Positions 39,601-52,400 of a stretch of 64,000 nt of DNA are shown piece after piece. Position 1 is the stretch's first letter; the number at the start of each line of letters is the position of its first letter. Both the position numbers and the translations under genes were made by a program. The notes under the pieces are model-generated. The model saw nothing but the letters and a program-made list of their open reading frames with translations. It had not been told where the DNA came from and did not search any database. This DNA comes from Anolis carolinensis (taxonomy: Eukaryota): the NCBI RefSeq assembly GCF_035594765.1, contig NC_085844.1:176654107-176718106 (forward strand), written 5' to 3'.

Positions 39601-42600
39601 GTTGGAATCTTTTATCTTGTTAAGAGTGCATACAATTATTTATGGGTATGTTGTTTTTCTTCACTTAACTAACAGCCTGTGTTAGCAGGCTGCCTTAAGT
39701 TAAAAGTCTAATGCTTCTGATTACTGCTATAGATCAAGACATTTTGTAATGTTTTATAAGTCTCTAATGCTATTTCCCAAAAAATATGATCAGGATTTTC
39801 ATATTTATGAGGTTTTTTTGTGGAGAATATGTTAGAACTGCGTCATTCACATCCATGTATGTCTTGGCACATCTTGATCTCAGCATCAGTATTGTTTTGC
39901 ATTTGGAGTCTTCAGTTGTTTGCATATTGGTGGTAATCTACATTAATTTTGGGGTTTTTTTCCAGCTGAAATGTGGGAACTGTGGTGAAGTTTCAGAAAA
40001 ATGGCAATATCTACGACTAATGGTAAGCATCAAAATGAGAATATGAAGAATCATTTATGATGTGTGTGAAACTGAATAACTGTGTTAGGGTTGGGATATT
40101 TACTTACATACACACACTTTCAAGCAGCATCATTTATGTTTGCTGTCCATCTGACAGATCCCTTATATTTGTTTTCAGGGAAAGATTATACACTTGTGCC
40201 ATTCATAATGTGTGCAAAAGTGGACATTAAAAGTAAAATTCAGAGCTTGAAACATTTTGTGGCTTGCATGACCCAAATACATCTGTCTGGTGGTGAGGCG
40301 TTGATTATATAGTTCAAGCAGGAATTTGTTGCTATGGGCCAAGGCATGCAAATGATAGGTAAAATGCTATACAGTTGGCCCTCCCTAGCCACAGATTCTG
40401 CATCCATGAATTGCACCATCCGTGGCTTAAAAATAATTCCTTTCCCTCTCTCTTCAATTTTTCCCAAAACTTTGGTTTTACCATTTTAAACAAGGAACAT
40501 TATTTTGCTACACCATTGTATATAATCGGACTTGAGCAACCACAGATTTGGGGGTGGTGGGGGGGATCTGGAACCAAAAAATAGTGGATACCACATCTGT
40601 TTGCTTAGAAATCACTTCATGTAACAGGATTTATTCTCAAATAAGTTTATAAAGAATTGCAATCTTATAAATGATTCCATTGTCATTTTTAGAGGCCAAC
40701 TTTCTGGTGTAGCTAACATTTTAGCCAACAGTTTCCCCAGTATAGCCAGAGATCAGGGGGAAAGAGAACTTTAGCTCAAAACACTTGAAGAGGTCTAGAC
40801 TGGTGAAAATGATTATTTTTGCTGCACAAATGTTTTACCATTATATCCAACCTTGATACCATTTTCTCCTCCTGGCTGTTGTTGAGCTTTGGAACAGAGA
40901 ACAGTATAGTAAATGTCCAATGCATCTCTCTCACATATACACCGGAGCTACTTACAGTTGGCTGTCTGTAGCCCTAAACAAAATTTTCAGCATTTTGAAT
41001 CCTGAGTTCAGCATTTTGAGCTCATATGTATGGAGATTAAAATATTACTTTGTTTCAGGAAGTTTACCATTATATATACACCAGTATATGAAATATTTTG
41101 ATGAGTGGCATGGAAAATTTGGACATTTGCTGTTTGAATTTTTTTCTGTACAAGAAGTATTCTCTACTCATCCTTTGGGCAGCAAAATCCCATAGCTCAG
41201 AGTTGGACTGACATATTGACAGAGGATTATTGGTTGTGAGTGTGAGCATCTGCTACCTTGCTTTCATAGTCAGTGGGTTAGCACTGCCATCTTTTTCATT
41301 TTTTCTCCAACCCATTAAATTTGTGACTCCACATATTCACAGTGTCTTGGCTTCCTTGTATGCAGTGATGCAATGAAAAGGTTGCCATTATCTTTAGATT
41401 GGCCTGCTATGGTTGGTGAGGTATAAACATTTTAAAAAGCTTTTTGGAAGAAGTAATTGAGTATTTATTATAAGGTCAGATTTTACCTGCGGTGAGGGCA
41501 ATTCTCTCCGTTGTTATCCGTGAGCTCTTCTTAAATAAATAATAATCTATGTATGTACAGTATAACATTTTAGTCTTAAATAAAATAGCATTTCCAGTAC
41601 AGCACTGGAGTTAGACTTTTTTCTGAGGATAAGTAATCTTCCCTTCAAAATATTCTTTAGGACAGCCATCCTCTCAAAGGAGGCCGGGGGAGTGCCACAA
41701 TGGTGCAGAAATGCAAGCTGTGTTCCCGAGAAAACTCCATAGGTAGGCTGGATATTGTTCATGCAGTTGCAAGTTAAAATACATCTGATTCTTTTCAGTT
41801 TAGGCTAGACACTTACATTTTAAATATGATTTCATTAATGGAAACTACAATACAATGGTTGCACCAAAATTAAAGAATGCTTTGCCCAGTAAATGTTAGT
41901 GGTGGTCTCTGTTGCTGCTTTTTGCCTGCTGAAGGTCATTTTATTCCACAGGTTTTGTTGGACAGGAAGACAATCGCATTTTGGTTTTCATCACTTAGCC
42001 TTTCTGGTTCCAATATGTTCTTTTTATGAAATCTTAATGTTTAAAATACTGGGGTGTAGCTTCTGCTTTAGAAAGCAGGTAATGAGATATAAATAAATGA
42101 GAGACTGATTACGAAAAAATGTAGTTGAGAATTATTTTCAGGAATACTTTCTGAAAAGTGGTACCTATCACCTCTATCTTTCTGGGTCTAATTTTTGGCA
42201 AGATGCTCTGTCTGTCACGTGGCTCCCCAGCATTGTTGATTCCCACTGCTTTCTACATTTGAGGCACGTTGTCTCCCTTCCTTGCTCATAATTCTAAATG
42301 TGAAATGGGAATGGGGCATAATCCCTGCCCCAGGAGAAATATAATCCTTGGAAAAAGAGATAAATAGTACTGTTCATTTGTTTTTCTTGTAATTTGTCGA
42401 TCATTCTGTGGTTTTGTTTCCCTTTTTCATTAAAAAGTGAGAAACTCAATTTATAAACCCATTAATGTAGGATTTTATATTTAATTGCACTTAACCTATT
42501 TAAATGTAAGTATCAGTGAACTGATTTGTGCATTACATTGATACTTTTAAAATACTAATTACAGGTGATCTTTAGTACTGTCTTTTATATTTTCAGATAT

Positions 42601-45600
42601 TTTGAGTCATACAATGAAACCTTACAATGTAAGTCAAATTCCTTCTATTGTTATGGGTAATATGGCAAGTTTAATTATTTTTATATCTGGAAATGTTTAA
42701 AAGCCATAATCCAGTTAGATCCGACACCAGCAGATATCCTTCAGCCAGTCTTGGAGGAAACATATTTCCTCTTCCCTACAACACCCCCCCCCCCCCCATC
42801 CCTCCAGAGCTGACTTCTAAGTGGTTTGGATAACTATCTGTTCTCCCTCCTTACTCTCTGTGTAATACATATTTTCTTCTACCAATGCCTTTTAAATTTT
42901 GCAGTTGAATATTTTATGGCTTTTACTATGTGATGGAACTATTTCTGGGGGTGTAGAAGTGTTTTTGGTTTTTTTGCAATTGTTAGAATAGATCTAATGC
43001 ATTTTTATGGCATATGATGACCTAGGGAATATATTCTGTGTGTTCCTCCCAGGCCACATTTCTCTGATACGGAAGCTAACTACTGTTTTGGTTTAATTCT
43101 AGGCTGAAGATAATGAGACATTTAAGACGATAGTGGAGTTTGAATGCCGTGGCCTTGAACCAGTTGACTTTCAACCACAGGCAAGTTACTTCTTACAATT
43201 TTCAGAGCATCTTTCTTTGAACTGTCTATTAGACCTAAATTAATATATCTTTGGCACCAATATATCTTTGGCACTGTTTTTGTGACAATATTGAGTGAGA
43301 AAGACAACTTAAGGGCGTTATGGTGATCTTACTATATGTGTGTATGATTAGAGTTTTGACTACAGCCTTGTAATTACATAGTACTCCAAGTATACTTTTA
43401 CACCTTGTTCAGACTGAGTTAAACTAGAATGACAACAAGGGAATTTGCATACTATTGTTGATACCGATTCAACTTAATCCTAGCTTTAACCACAGATCTT
43501 GGGAGTTCAATGTCCATAATTCACTTCCATTCTCCTCTTGATTGTTTCTTACGACAATCTGATTTTACAAACCGGGGGTCATGTTCTATGCATGCAGAGA
43601 TAAGCCAGATAGTCATAATGACTTATAGCAAGTGCTATTAGAAATTATAGCTGGAATTGACAATTATATATACAGGTGGTCCCTGAGTTATGACTTGTGT
43701 ACAACTCATAGTTATGAACAGGCCTTTCCTCTCCCCGCCCCTGCCATGAAATCTTAGCACTGAGCCAAAGTGTGTCTATATCTCGCCAAACCTCCTTTCC
43801 TTTTTCTTCCTCTGGATCTCTCCACCCCCTTTCCTTTTCCTTTCTCTGGATCTCTCCATCCCTTTTCCTCTTTCTTTTTGTCGATATCTCTCCAAACCCC
43901 CTTTTCTCTTATGGATATTTTTCCAAGCCCCTTTTCTCTTTCTTCCTATCGATCTCTCTCCACCCTCCTTTCCTTTTTCTTCCTATCAATATCTCCTTTG
44001 TCTTCCCTCTACCTCTCCTTCATGTCTGACACCACTTTTATTTGCCCTGGCTCAATACTATCCAATGCTGGTATTTGTAGTTTGTTTGGCATTTTGGCAG
44101 AGAAGGCTAAAGAACTTGTAAAACCACAGCTCCCAGGATCCCATAGCAGTGAAGCAGGGCAGTTAAAGTGGTGTCAAACTGCATTCATTCCACAGCATAA
44201 GTACACCTCAAGGAAGCTGAGGCAGGATAAACAGGAGATGCTCCTGGAGGAAAGGGTTATATATTTCTATGGTTTTCCTTTCCATTGCTTGGAAGATTTG
44301 GTGTTTTTAAAACAAGGGATTCTAATTACACAAAAACTATAATGTGCACCTTTTTTGGTCAAATTACAAAGAGTGCATTTTTTGCCAGACCTGTTCTGAC
44401 TTGCATACAAATTCAACTTAAGAACAAACCTACAGAACCATCTCTTGTATGTAACTTGAGGACTGCCTGTACAAACAGCAGTGGAAGATGTTCAGCCTTC
44501 CAGATATTGAACTACAACTCCCAAAATTTCTTAACATTGGCTCCTGGGAATTGACATCCAGCAATGCCTGGAGGACTACACTTTTTCCATCCTGGTGTAA
44601 AATTTCCTTTTGAAATGCTTTTGGATGTTGCTTGTTTGTTTTTACAGCCAGCAGGGGGCAGATTTTCTTTAGCAGAAATAAGCTAAAACAGATGCATGTT
44701 GTGATACCTTAAAGTAGGGATTGGGCCAAACACAGTATTCTAGGAGCCCACAGGCGTAGGGCATTGAAGTCCAACAATATTTATAAGATTGTCCAATAAT
44801 CAGCTGGTTTTAACTTGATTGTGATGTTACCCTGAATTAGACAGCTATTAGAAGAGTGATTGTTTTGAACTACAAGTCCTGTCACTAGCTTGGCTAAGGG
44901 CTTCTGAATGCTATTTCTTTTGCTGTTGTCTTTCTGTTTGTAAGATTGTGTACATGATAGTATGAGCTTTCTATATGTTTATAGGCTGGTTTTGCTGCCA
45001 ATGGTGCAGAGTCTGGCACATCTTTCAGCGACATCAACTTGTTGGAGAAGGTACAGTCTCTGATCATATTTATCAAAAAAAATACCTTCATGCTCTCTGG
45101 GGCTTGGGATCAGAAATAGACTGTTAAACTTAAAAAAGATAGTCTTGTCCTTCCATATTCTTTGAAGTCTTGGGGTCAAAGGGATGCTGCTCCGTATTCA
45201 GTGCTTTAACCAAGCAACTTTAACCAAGCTGCTCATCTAAAAGGATCAGGATGCTTCTCTCTGAATTTTGTGGTTTTCAGTCTTTGCATTACCAGGAAAT
45301 GCCGTTAAATATATATTTCTTGTAAGTAGCACCTGCAGGGAAGCTCACATAGTCTCTGGATCACAATTGTGCATCTCAGTGTATGGCAGCTGAAGATTTC
45401 TCATTGCCATATTCCAACAACATTTGCCTTCCTAGAGCTCATTTGAGTTTTAAGCAAATTTCCCATTGACGCCAATGGGAAATTCTCATATAATTCAACT
45501 TCGAATAAGTGATTTTCATCCAACGAAAAGGTTAAACGCCCCATTCCTAGCTATTGCAAACCAGCCTTTTAATGACAAACACAAAATATGGTGTAGCTGA

Positions 45601-47026
45601 AAGAATCTTGAGACTTTAAAAATATGTTATGCTTAAAAGTTGTCTCTTCTTTAAATACATGAAACTACCTAAGATCACCAGACTTCCATTTAACTTCAAT
45701 CAGTTACAGCTATTTGGACTGTGAGCAGCTTTTCAGAGTTCATACAGCAATCTTCTTTTGGGCTTGTCTAGAGATACTGTACAATAGATGAAATCTGGTA
45801 TTTGTGTATGCAATAAGCTCCAGTAATCAGCCACAGCTTTTTGTATTTGCAAATATGCTTCTGAGTGGGGGTCAGCAACTGTGGAGGATATGAGAGTCAG
45901 GTTCTTCCTTTGTTCCCTCCAACAGACTGTGGCTGCCAATCAGCCATTTTGTAGCTGAAAATTAAATGCGACATTACTTCCAGTTCATGATCAATTTTGA
46001 GTTTTGGGAGAGTGTATTCTTTTCATTGAATCACTGTTAAGATACCTCCAAGTGTAGCTTTTTGCCTCTCATTTTCTTCAGGGTGTAGACGTCCTGGGGG
46101 TGCCCAGCAAGGAGTTAGAAGGGTGCGAAAAACCCTTGTGCTTCTCCATTGATCGCAAAGGTTGCAGTTTCCCCACTCCTACTTTCAGCATTATGTAGTA
46201 GATGACTAGCAGTAAGAATCTACTAGGGGCAACAAAAGTTTTCTTCTTAAGTAACATTGGGGTAGATGTCACCCTGCAATCATTTATTCAGATAACAGTC
46301 TTAAGATGGCAAGCAGTTCCCCTTGATTTACTATAGTAGTCTTTTGTGACAGAACTGTTATGGAGGATGTCAATCTCCTTGGGAAGCTCACAATTCACCA
46401 TCAGACTTCCTAATCTCTGAGTGTCAGTATCTGTCAATTCTGTTCCTTGGCAAGAAACCTAGTCTGTCTAGTGACTCAATAGCTTGGTAAATTTAATCCT
46501 TTCATCCGGAGTGATAGTGAACCTGTTAGTACAACTGAAGACTTCACGAGCAAAAGGTCTATTTCACTAAGCTAAAAATGTTAGCTCAAGAGCCAGTGTG
46601 GTAGACTGATTTGAGTGTTGGACTACAGTTTGAACCCTACTCGACCATGAAAAGCCTTGGGAAGTCACTTTTTTTCTCCCCAGAAGAAGGCAAAGGCAAC
46701 CCCCTCCGAAGAAATCTTGCCAAGAAAACTCCATGATAGGCTCACCTTAGAGACATTGTAAGTCAGAAATGTTAAGAAGCGTAAGGGTAATAAGATGAAT
46801 TAAAGCTGAAGCTTTCCCTGATCTTATATCAAATGCAAGACAGAATCAAACTGTGTACCTTGGAAGATCCCATATTGTAGCTTCATCCCAACATGTACAT
46901 ATAGATATAGAGACACTCAGAGCTAACATTGTCTATTTATTCCCACAGGATTGGAATGAGTATGATGAAAAGATAAAGGAATCAGTTGGCATCTATGAAG
47001 TTACGCATAGGTTTGTGAAATGCTGA
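36661..47026 (+). CDS. CZIB: CXXC motif containing zinc-binding protein (C1orf123, DUF866), 160 aa; exons 36661-36666, 36772-36855, 39966-40022, 41661-41742, 42597-42628, 43103-43180, 44985-45050, 46949-47026
   Basis: Spliced translation MGKIGLQFKATLENITNLRPVGEDFRWYLKLKCGNCGEVSEKWQYLRLMDSHPLKGGRGSATMVQKCKLCSRENSIDILSHTMKPYNAEDNETFKTIVEFECRGLEPVDFQPQAGFAANGAESGTSFSDINLLEKDWNEYDEKIKESVGIYEVTHRFVKC*. Two CxxC motifs, 483 nt in total. Intron 6 has a GC donor. Confidence 0.96.
37162..38350 (+). mobile_element. Penelope-like retroelement, 5'-truncated, with decayed RT C-terminus and GIY-YIG endonuclease
   Basis: Broken frames give IKFTIEKENEGKVSFLDVLV, VFLPYIKGTTDQI and GV*HIPCSCGQVYIGTTK..RIKEH (GIY-YIG). 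The terminal region carries a hammerhead motif. Flanked by the duplicated target gaaacaga-tgtttga / gaagcagagtgtttga. Confidence 0.9.
38257..38297 (+). ncRNA. Minimal hammerhead ribozyme motif, degenerate (G12>A)
   Basis: CCT-CTGAAGA-T-GCCTGC(CATAGAT)CTGGGC-AAAA-CG-TC-AGG. Confidence 0.6.
39290..39528 (+). mobile_element. CR1 LINE 3' fragment
   Basis: gaggctggatggccatctg...ggggttggactggatgg...caactctataattatg, a typical CR1 3' end. Confidence 0.75.
43673..44469. mobile_element. Tigger-like element containing a pyrimidine-rich minisatellite (about 43790-44025) and a Harbinger-like MITE fragment (about 44028-44210)
   Basis: TA-CAGGTGGTCCCTGAGTTA ... TAACTTGAGGACTGCCTG-TA. Confidence 0.65.
46590..46785 (+). 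mobile_element. tRNA-derived SINE with an RTE-like tail
   Basis: Head agccagtgtggtagactg...gttggact and body ggcaaaggcaacccc...aaatcttgccaagaaaactccatgatagg. Confidence 0.55.
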
Positions 47027-47095
47027 AACGTTTTGTTTTGTAAGAAATCATTTTCTGTATCGCCATGTTGTTCAATTTGTTTGTGTGCAATCTGC

Positions 47096-47101
47096 AATAA
47101 A
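47096..47101 (+). terminator. CZIB proximal poly(A) signal
   Basis: AATAAA about 70 nt after the stop codon. Confidence 0.6.
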
Positions 47102-47780
47102 GTCCTATACTTTCTACTTCACAGAAAGGTGTGGATACATAGAAAGGATCACTACATTTTAATTGATGTATATAGCAGTACGGTTGGGGCAGAAAATCCT
47201 TACCTCTTGTAATAGCTGTCTCATTGACATGAAATCATATCATAAGCCTAAGTTCTTGTCATCTTTTACATTAACACAAAAAATATAACATATTGTCAGC
47301 ATATTTGACATTTTAAGTGTGTGCTTTCTTTTTCTTGAAGGTAATGGATTTTAAAAGTGTTTCAGAGAAACATAAAGCTGTGTAAATAGCATTACACTTT
47401 TGATTAAAGTATTTTGACAGTTAATAGTGTATTTTTACTAATGTGAAAATCCTGCTCTTCTGCAATTCCTGAAAAATGCCTTCACCTTTCACTGAGGAAT
47501 AGCAGGCCTCTTATGGCTCCAGTACACCTAATGGCAATGTAATAAAATCTTGGACTCTTTATTATTTGAAGATAGCCATAAGCAGAATCCAGAGGCAAAG
47601 TTTCAGTCCTGCAGTGAAATTTTCCCACCTCCATGTTCATGTCTTTTTGCATTCTGATCCTTTTCAGGGATCATGAGGTGATTTCATAAATAGTATGGGA
47701 TGTAACACAGAGCACCAAAGAAGTTAAAAAAAAATCAGAGGAACTCCCAGCCAATAGAAGTCTGTTTTGTTAGCATAAAG

Positions 47781-47915
47781 CAGTGGTTCTCAACCTGTGG
47801 GTCCCCAGATGTATTGGCCTTCAACTCCCAGAAATCTTAACAGCTGGTAAACTTGCTGGGAGTTCTGGGAGTTGTAGGCCAAAATACCTGGGGACCCACA
47901 GGTTGCGAACCACTA
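47781..47915. mobile_element. Palindromic hAT MITE (SPIN-like TIR) between the CZIB and CPT2 3' ends
   Basis: CAGTGGTTCTCAACCTGTGGGTC / GACCCACAGGTTGCGAACCACTA with perfect TSD GCATAAAG. Confidence 0.9.
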
Positions 47916-49187
47916 GCATAAAGGCTATTAACTGTATCTGCTGTTACAGAGTAGAGACTCTGTCTTAGACCGTAAGAAAAATCAAGTCCCTAGAAGGAAA
48001 CATTCGTATTCCTCTTCTCCCCTCATCCACCACTATTCAAGAAAGCTTTTCATGCATGCAATTTTTCAGTGATCAAAAATATGGGGATTGTGTAGACCAT
48101 TTGGGATACAAATAAACAAACCTTCATTTCCAAGTTATTTATTTCAGCTGTAATTTCTCATCACAAAAACATGAATATTTAGTTCAAGATTGTTGGAAGT
48201 TCACATTTAAGTTTCACTTGAATAAATGAGGCTAAATTGTTCCCAGCACACGTTTTAGATTGATACCTAGCTAAATATAATAAGAAAAATAAGGCAGCTG
48301 TTCGAAGTGCATATCATCCTCAGTGCAACTTGTATATTTAGATTCTTTCAAATTCATTTTGTCTTTGAGGTATTAGTCTTAAGAGATCACTTGTTAAAAA
48401 CACATTTTAGAGAAGAATTAAAATGTTTGAAGTGAAGTCCAGCAGAAACTTAATGTTGGTAAGGGAGGAATGCAAAAATTGTTCTACAAACATTTTGATT
48501 TTTTTAAATTAAAAGTCTTTGAGATCTGACTCAAACCAGGTAAGTCTGAAGTCTCTAGCTTAGCCTGTTGGAAAAGTTACATGATGATAAAATTAAATTT
48601 TCTAAACAACCATCTGTACAATTAAAGCTTACTTTAACCAGAAGTCTTCCCAGTTGAAGAGTGAGATTAGTTATTCTAACAGATGTTGCTTTGATTCACC
48701 TAACTGTTTCTTATAAGTCACACACTATCACAATGTAGCTCTCTGGAGAAATAATATGAAAACTGGTATTTTAGGAAGGCCTTCACAGTTGGTGGATGAA
48801 TTTTGCTCAAAAAGATTTCATTCTTGGGATGTATTCCAACAAAAAGGCTTGATTGGGGATGTTTGAATTAGGCACGTGAACCAAACTCTCTCTATATGCA
48901 TTCATGTCGGGAACATGTCTGTTTATATTACGATTCTATTTCAAAATTATCAAATTGATGTATACATTAAGAAGGAAAGAACCCTATACAGTACATCAGT
49001 CAGCCTAAATATGGCCTGTATGCTATTGGTTAGTCCCAACCAGAGCTAGCTCATTGAATCATCTGCTGAGTCAACACATACATAAATTTAATTGATTTAT
49101 TGATTCTAGTCTAGTTGAGACAAAGAAAAAGATTTAGGCCTCAATCTTCAGTGATATGTCTTTGGCAGATACTTGCACAAAATACAT

Positions 49188-49193
49188 TTTATT
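49188..49193 (-). terminator. CPT2 candidate proximal poly(A) signal
   Basis: TTTATT on the plus strand (AATAAA on minus), about 230 nt downstream of the CPT2 stop. Confidence 0.5.
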
Positions 49194-49421
49194 TTACAAT
49201 CAGTATTAAAATTAAGTATCTGTATGAGTTTAGCTTACCAGACTCTAAACATGATTATGTTGAGACCCAACTAAAACAATTGAACACATTATTTTAATTC
49301 TGGCATTTTTTCCAGAAGTAGGTGCTAACCTGAACATCCAGCTAGAATTGTTAAAAATAATTTTCTATCTGAAGATGAACTGGTATCACCCAAGTTTTTT
49401 AAAAGCCAATCCTGTTGTGGC

Positions 49422-52400
49422 TCAGTTACTAACCTGTTTACCTTGCAGAACATTAAAAATATCGTCCAGTGACTTGTGAACACACTGGACAAATTCTTGC
49501 ACATTCCTCGCTGGATAGCCAGAAACATTACACCCAATCCAATCATTGTGTATTCCGTATCCTACACCAAAACCATCAGGGACCACTGGCCCAAATCCAC
49601 CCATGGAGACTGCAGGGCTGCTCAGAGTACTTGTGGAGAGAATGTTGTGATTAATCTGTGAATAGGCTTGGTCCTGATAAAATTCTGGTAAGGGGGTTCC
49701 TCGAGATTCCGCCACACATCGCAAGCCATACAAGTGCCGATCAAAGCCCTGGCCTGCCAACACAAAATGCAATAGTGAATAGCACTGCAAAACCAAACTC
49801 AGGCATGTTAAATTATTTTGAAGCAAATTAGCTTAACAATTTTAAACAAACATTAACATTGTTATCCATGAATTTAGGCTGCATATGCAGAAAAAAACCA
49901 GGCAACTCCTGATGGTGTTAGTTTAGAGTCTCTACTGTTTATTTGAAACTATAAACCTTCTTTTCCTCTACAAGAAGGATCAAATTCACAGATAAGAGGT
50001 ACTTATATAAAGGTTGTCTCATAAAATCTTAGGAAGCTCTCAATGTTCACAAGAGTGTACATTGACATATTTACTGCCATATTTCTAAAAGGAGAAGCAG
50101 GAATGAAGGATGAAAAGCCCTATTTAAAGTTGTCACAAAATTTGAGTGCAGTCATCCCTTTATATCACAGGCCCAGCATGCACAGATTCAACCAACCAAA
50201 GCTCAAAAATATTTTTGAAAAAATCCCAAAACAAACCTTGATTTTGTATGCATTGAGCACTACACTAATGTGTAGTCATACTCTGCTGTAGCCTTCCATC
50301 ATTTCACAGGTCCCCTGGCACTCATTTGAGCTGTTCGGTACTTTATAAAAGGAATGCCATTTTACAATGCCATTGTATATAATTGGGAGCCCTGCACCTA
50401 GAAATCAGTATCCACATGAGGTCCTAGAACCAAATCCCAGCAGATACCTAGAGCCCAGTATATTAATATTCCAGATTTCTAATGAATTTTTTCCTCTGCA
50501 ATGAAAGAAAAAGGCATTGTGTATAATGAGCTTGTAAGAAATGTCGTACTCCAGTGTGACTGGCTTCTCTGAAGGATCTATTTTGACAGCAATCTTTTTC
50601 AAACATTTAGGAAGTTGAAGATAAACTGAATAGGATTTAAAGATACTACAGAGAAGTTGAGAAAAGTTTTCATTCAAGTCATGTACTGGATATGTGAGAT
50701 TATTCAATATCTAGTGCAAATATCCTAAATGTTATCCTTAAAAGGTTAGGAGGGCTGAGCATACTTGCATTAGTAAAGAGGTGGGCTTGCTTGGTATTAC
50801 CATGCAAATTGCAGAAGAAAAACAGAACAGCTTCACATTCACACTTACCCATAGCAGCTTCTTTTGTGAGCTGGTTGTGATACTTAGAGCACTCTGCAAT
50901 CATCTGTTGAAGCTCTGCTACGCTGTGCTTGGATGACTTTCTGACAATGGCCTCTGAACATGCCTTTGTGTGAATGGAGGCAGGACGAATGGTTTCAGTG
51001 CGACCGTGTTTGAAAGCTGCAGTGCTGCACGATTCATAGGTGGCAACAGTTTGCCCATATTGCTGCAGAAAAGCCATCTGGAAGGCGAGCTGAGCAATAG
51101 CATCAGGACTGACTTTATGCTTCTTTAACATCTCCTTGCCTCCTCTTTCAAACTGATGAGCCTCCAGAGTCAATGTTTTCACAGTAGCATCAAATTTTTG
51201 TTTGGCTTGGGTAATTCCTTCTTTTAAGGCATCATTCAATTTAAAGTTCAGTTTCTGTACAGATGAGGCAGAATCAACAGCAGCAGGCTGAGACTGAGGG
51301 GTAATTGCAGGTGTCTGAGTGCTATCTTTAAACACTTCATTTTGGAATCTAAGAACAGCAACACCATCTCCCCAAGAGTGTTCAAAGTGAATTGCTGCAG
51401 TGCCGTCTTTGGCTAAAATGAGGTTGAATGACTTGTCATACCACCTATTGATGCCATCACCATGCAACATGGTATGGGACAAGTGGTTCAAGCCGTTAAT
51501 TGGAAAATCATCAAGGCACAGACAAAATATTGCTGAATCTACTTTTCTTAAGGCTTCTGCATTCCCATTTTCCAGTAGCTCCTGTCTCAACCTTGCCCAT
51601 ATGTCCCGATTTTCAGTAGTCAGACACGCAAGAGGGAATGCTGGAACTGAGCTACTGTCAGAAAGGATGAATTGTAGATGTGCTTGAATTTCTGAAGGCT
51701 TCAGTATATTCCCATCTCTATCTATCACATCAAATACATAAAAGTTTCCATTTCTAATCACCAATAAGTGCCTCTCATTTTCATCTGTAAATAGTTCATC
51801 CTTGTTAGACTTGGGCAGTCGAGCAGAATTGAAAAGCCTGAAGTACTGTGACATGTCTAGTGGGTAGGCATTCACCATGTAGGCACAAAACCATGACAGA
51901 GAAGGAGGCACAAAACGAACGAACTTTTTAAAAGCTTGAGTGTCACTTTTGGCTGGGTTCAGGTGAAAAACCTCTGGTTCTAAAATGTTAGTCCTGAGAG
52001 TCTTCAAGAATCGCAAAGCAGAAACAGTCATGTTAGTTGCCCTTGTGAGCTGATTGTTATAATCCACTTTGGAGTCAGCATTGAAAACCATGAAAGGATT
52101 GAAGTTCAAAACAACTGATTCACGTGCCCTTAGGTACATGTCAAACCAGGGACCTAACGTTGAGAGGTGGTAAAAGAAATAAAGATAGAGACCAAAAGGA
52201 GAATACATGTTATAAATGTGTCACAATCCTGAAAGAGCCATGTGATTATTGTTGGCTATAAGATGCCACATAAGATCAATTTGCAAGAGAGAAATCCAAT
52301 AAAGTTATTCTGTGGACAGAAGTGCTTCCACCTGAGAAATAAGGAGGAAGCAAACCTCCTTTCCGCCTCCCTCCTCATACACCCTCAAAATCTGGAGGAG

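Noticed and set aside
41480-41530. Small CpG-containing hairpin upstream of CZIB exon 4 as a possible snoRNA
   Set aside because: The stem is weak, and I could not place C/D or H/ACA boxes at proper positions.
43770-44342. 190-aa ORF in CZIB intron 6
   Set aside because: Produced by a stop-poor pyrimidine minisatellite plus MITE sequence inside a Tigger-like element.
50700-52208. 502-aa ORF as a standalone gene
   Set aside because: It is CPT2 exon 4 (50849-52153) with read-through into the flanking introns.
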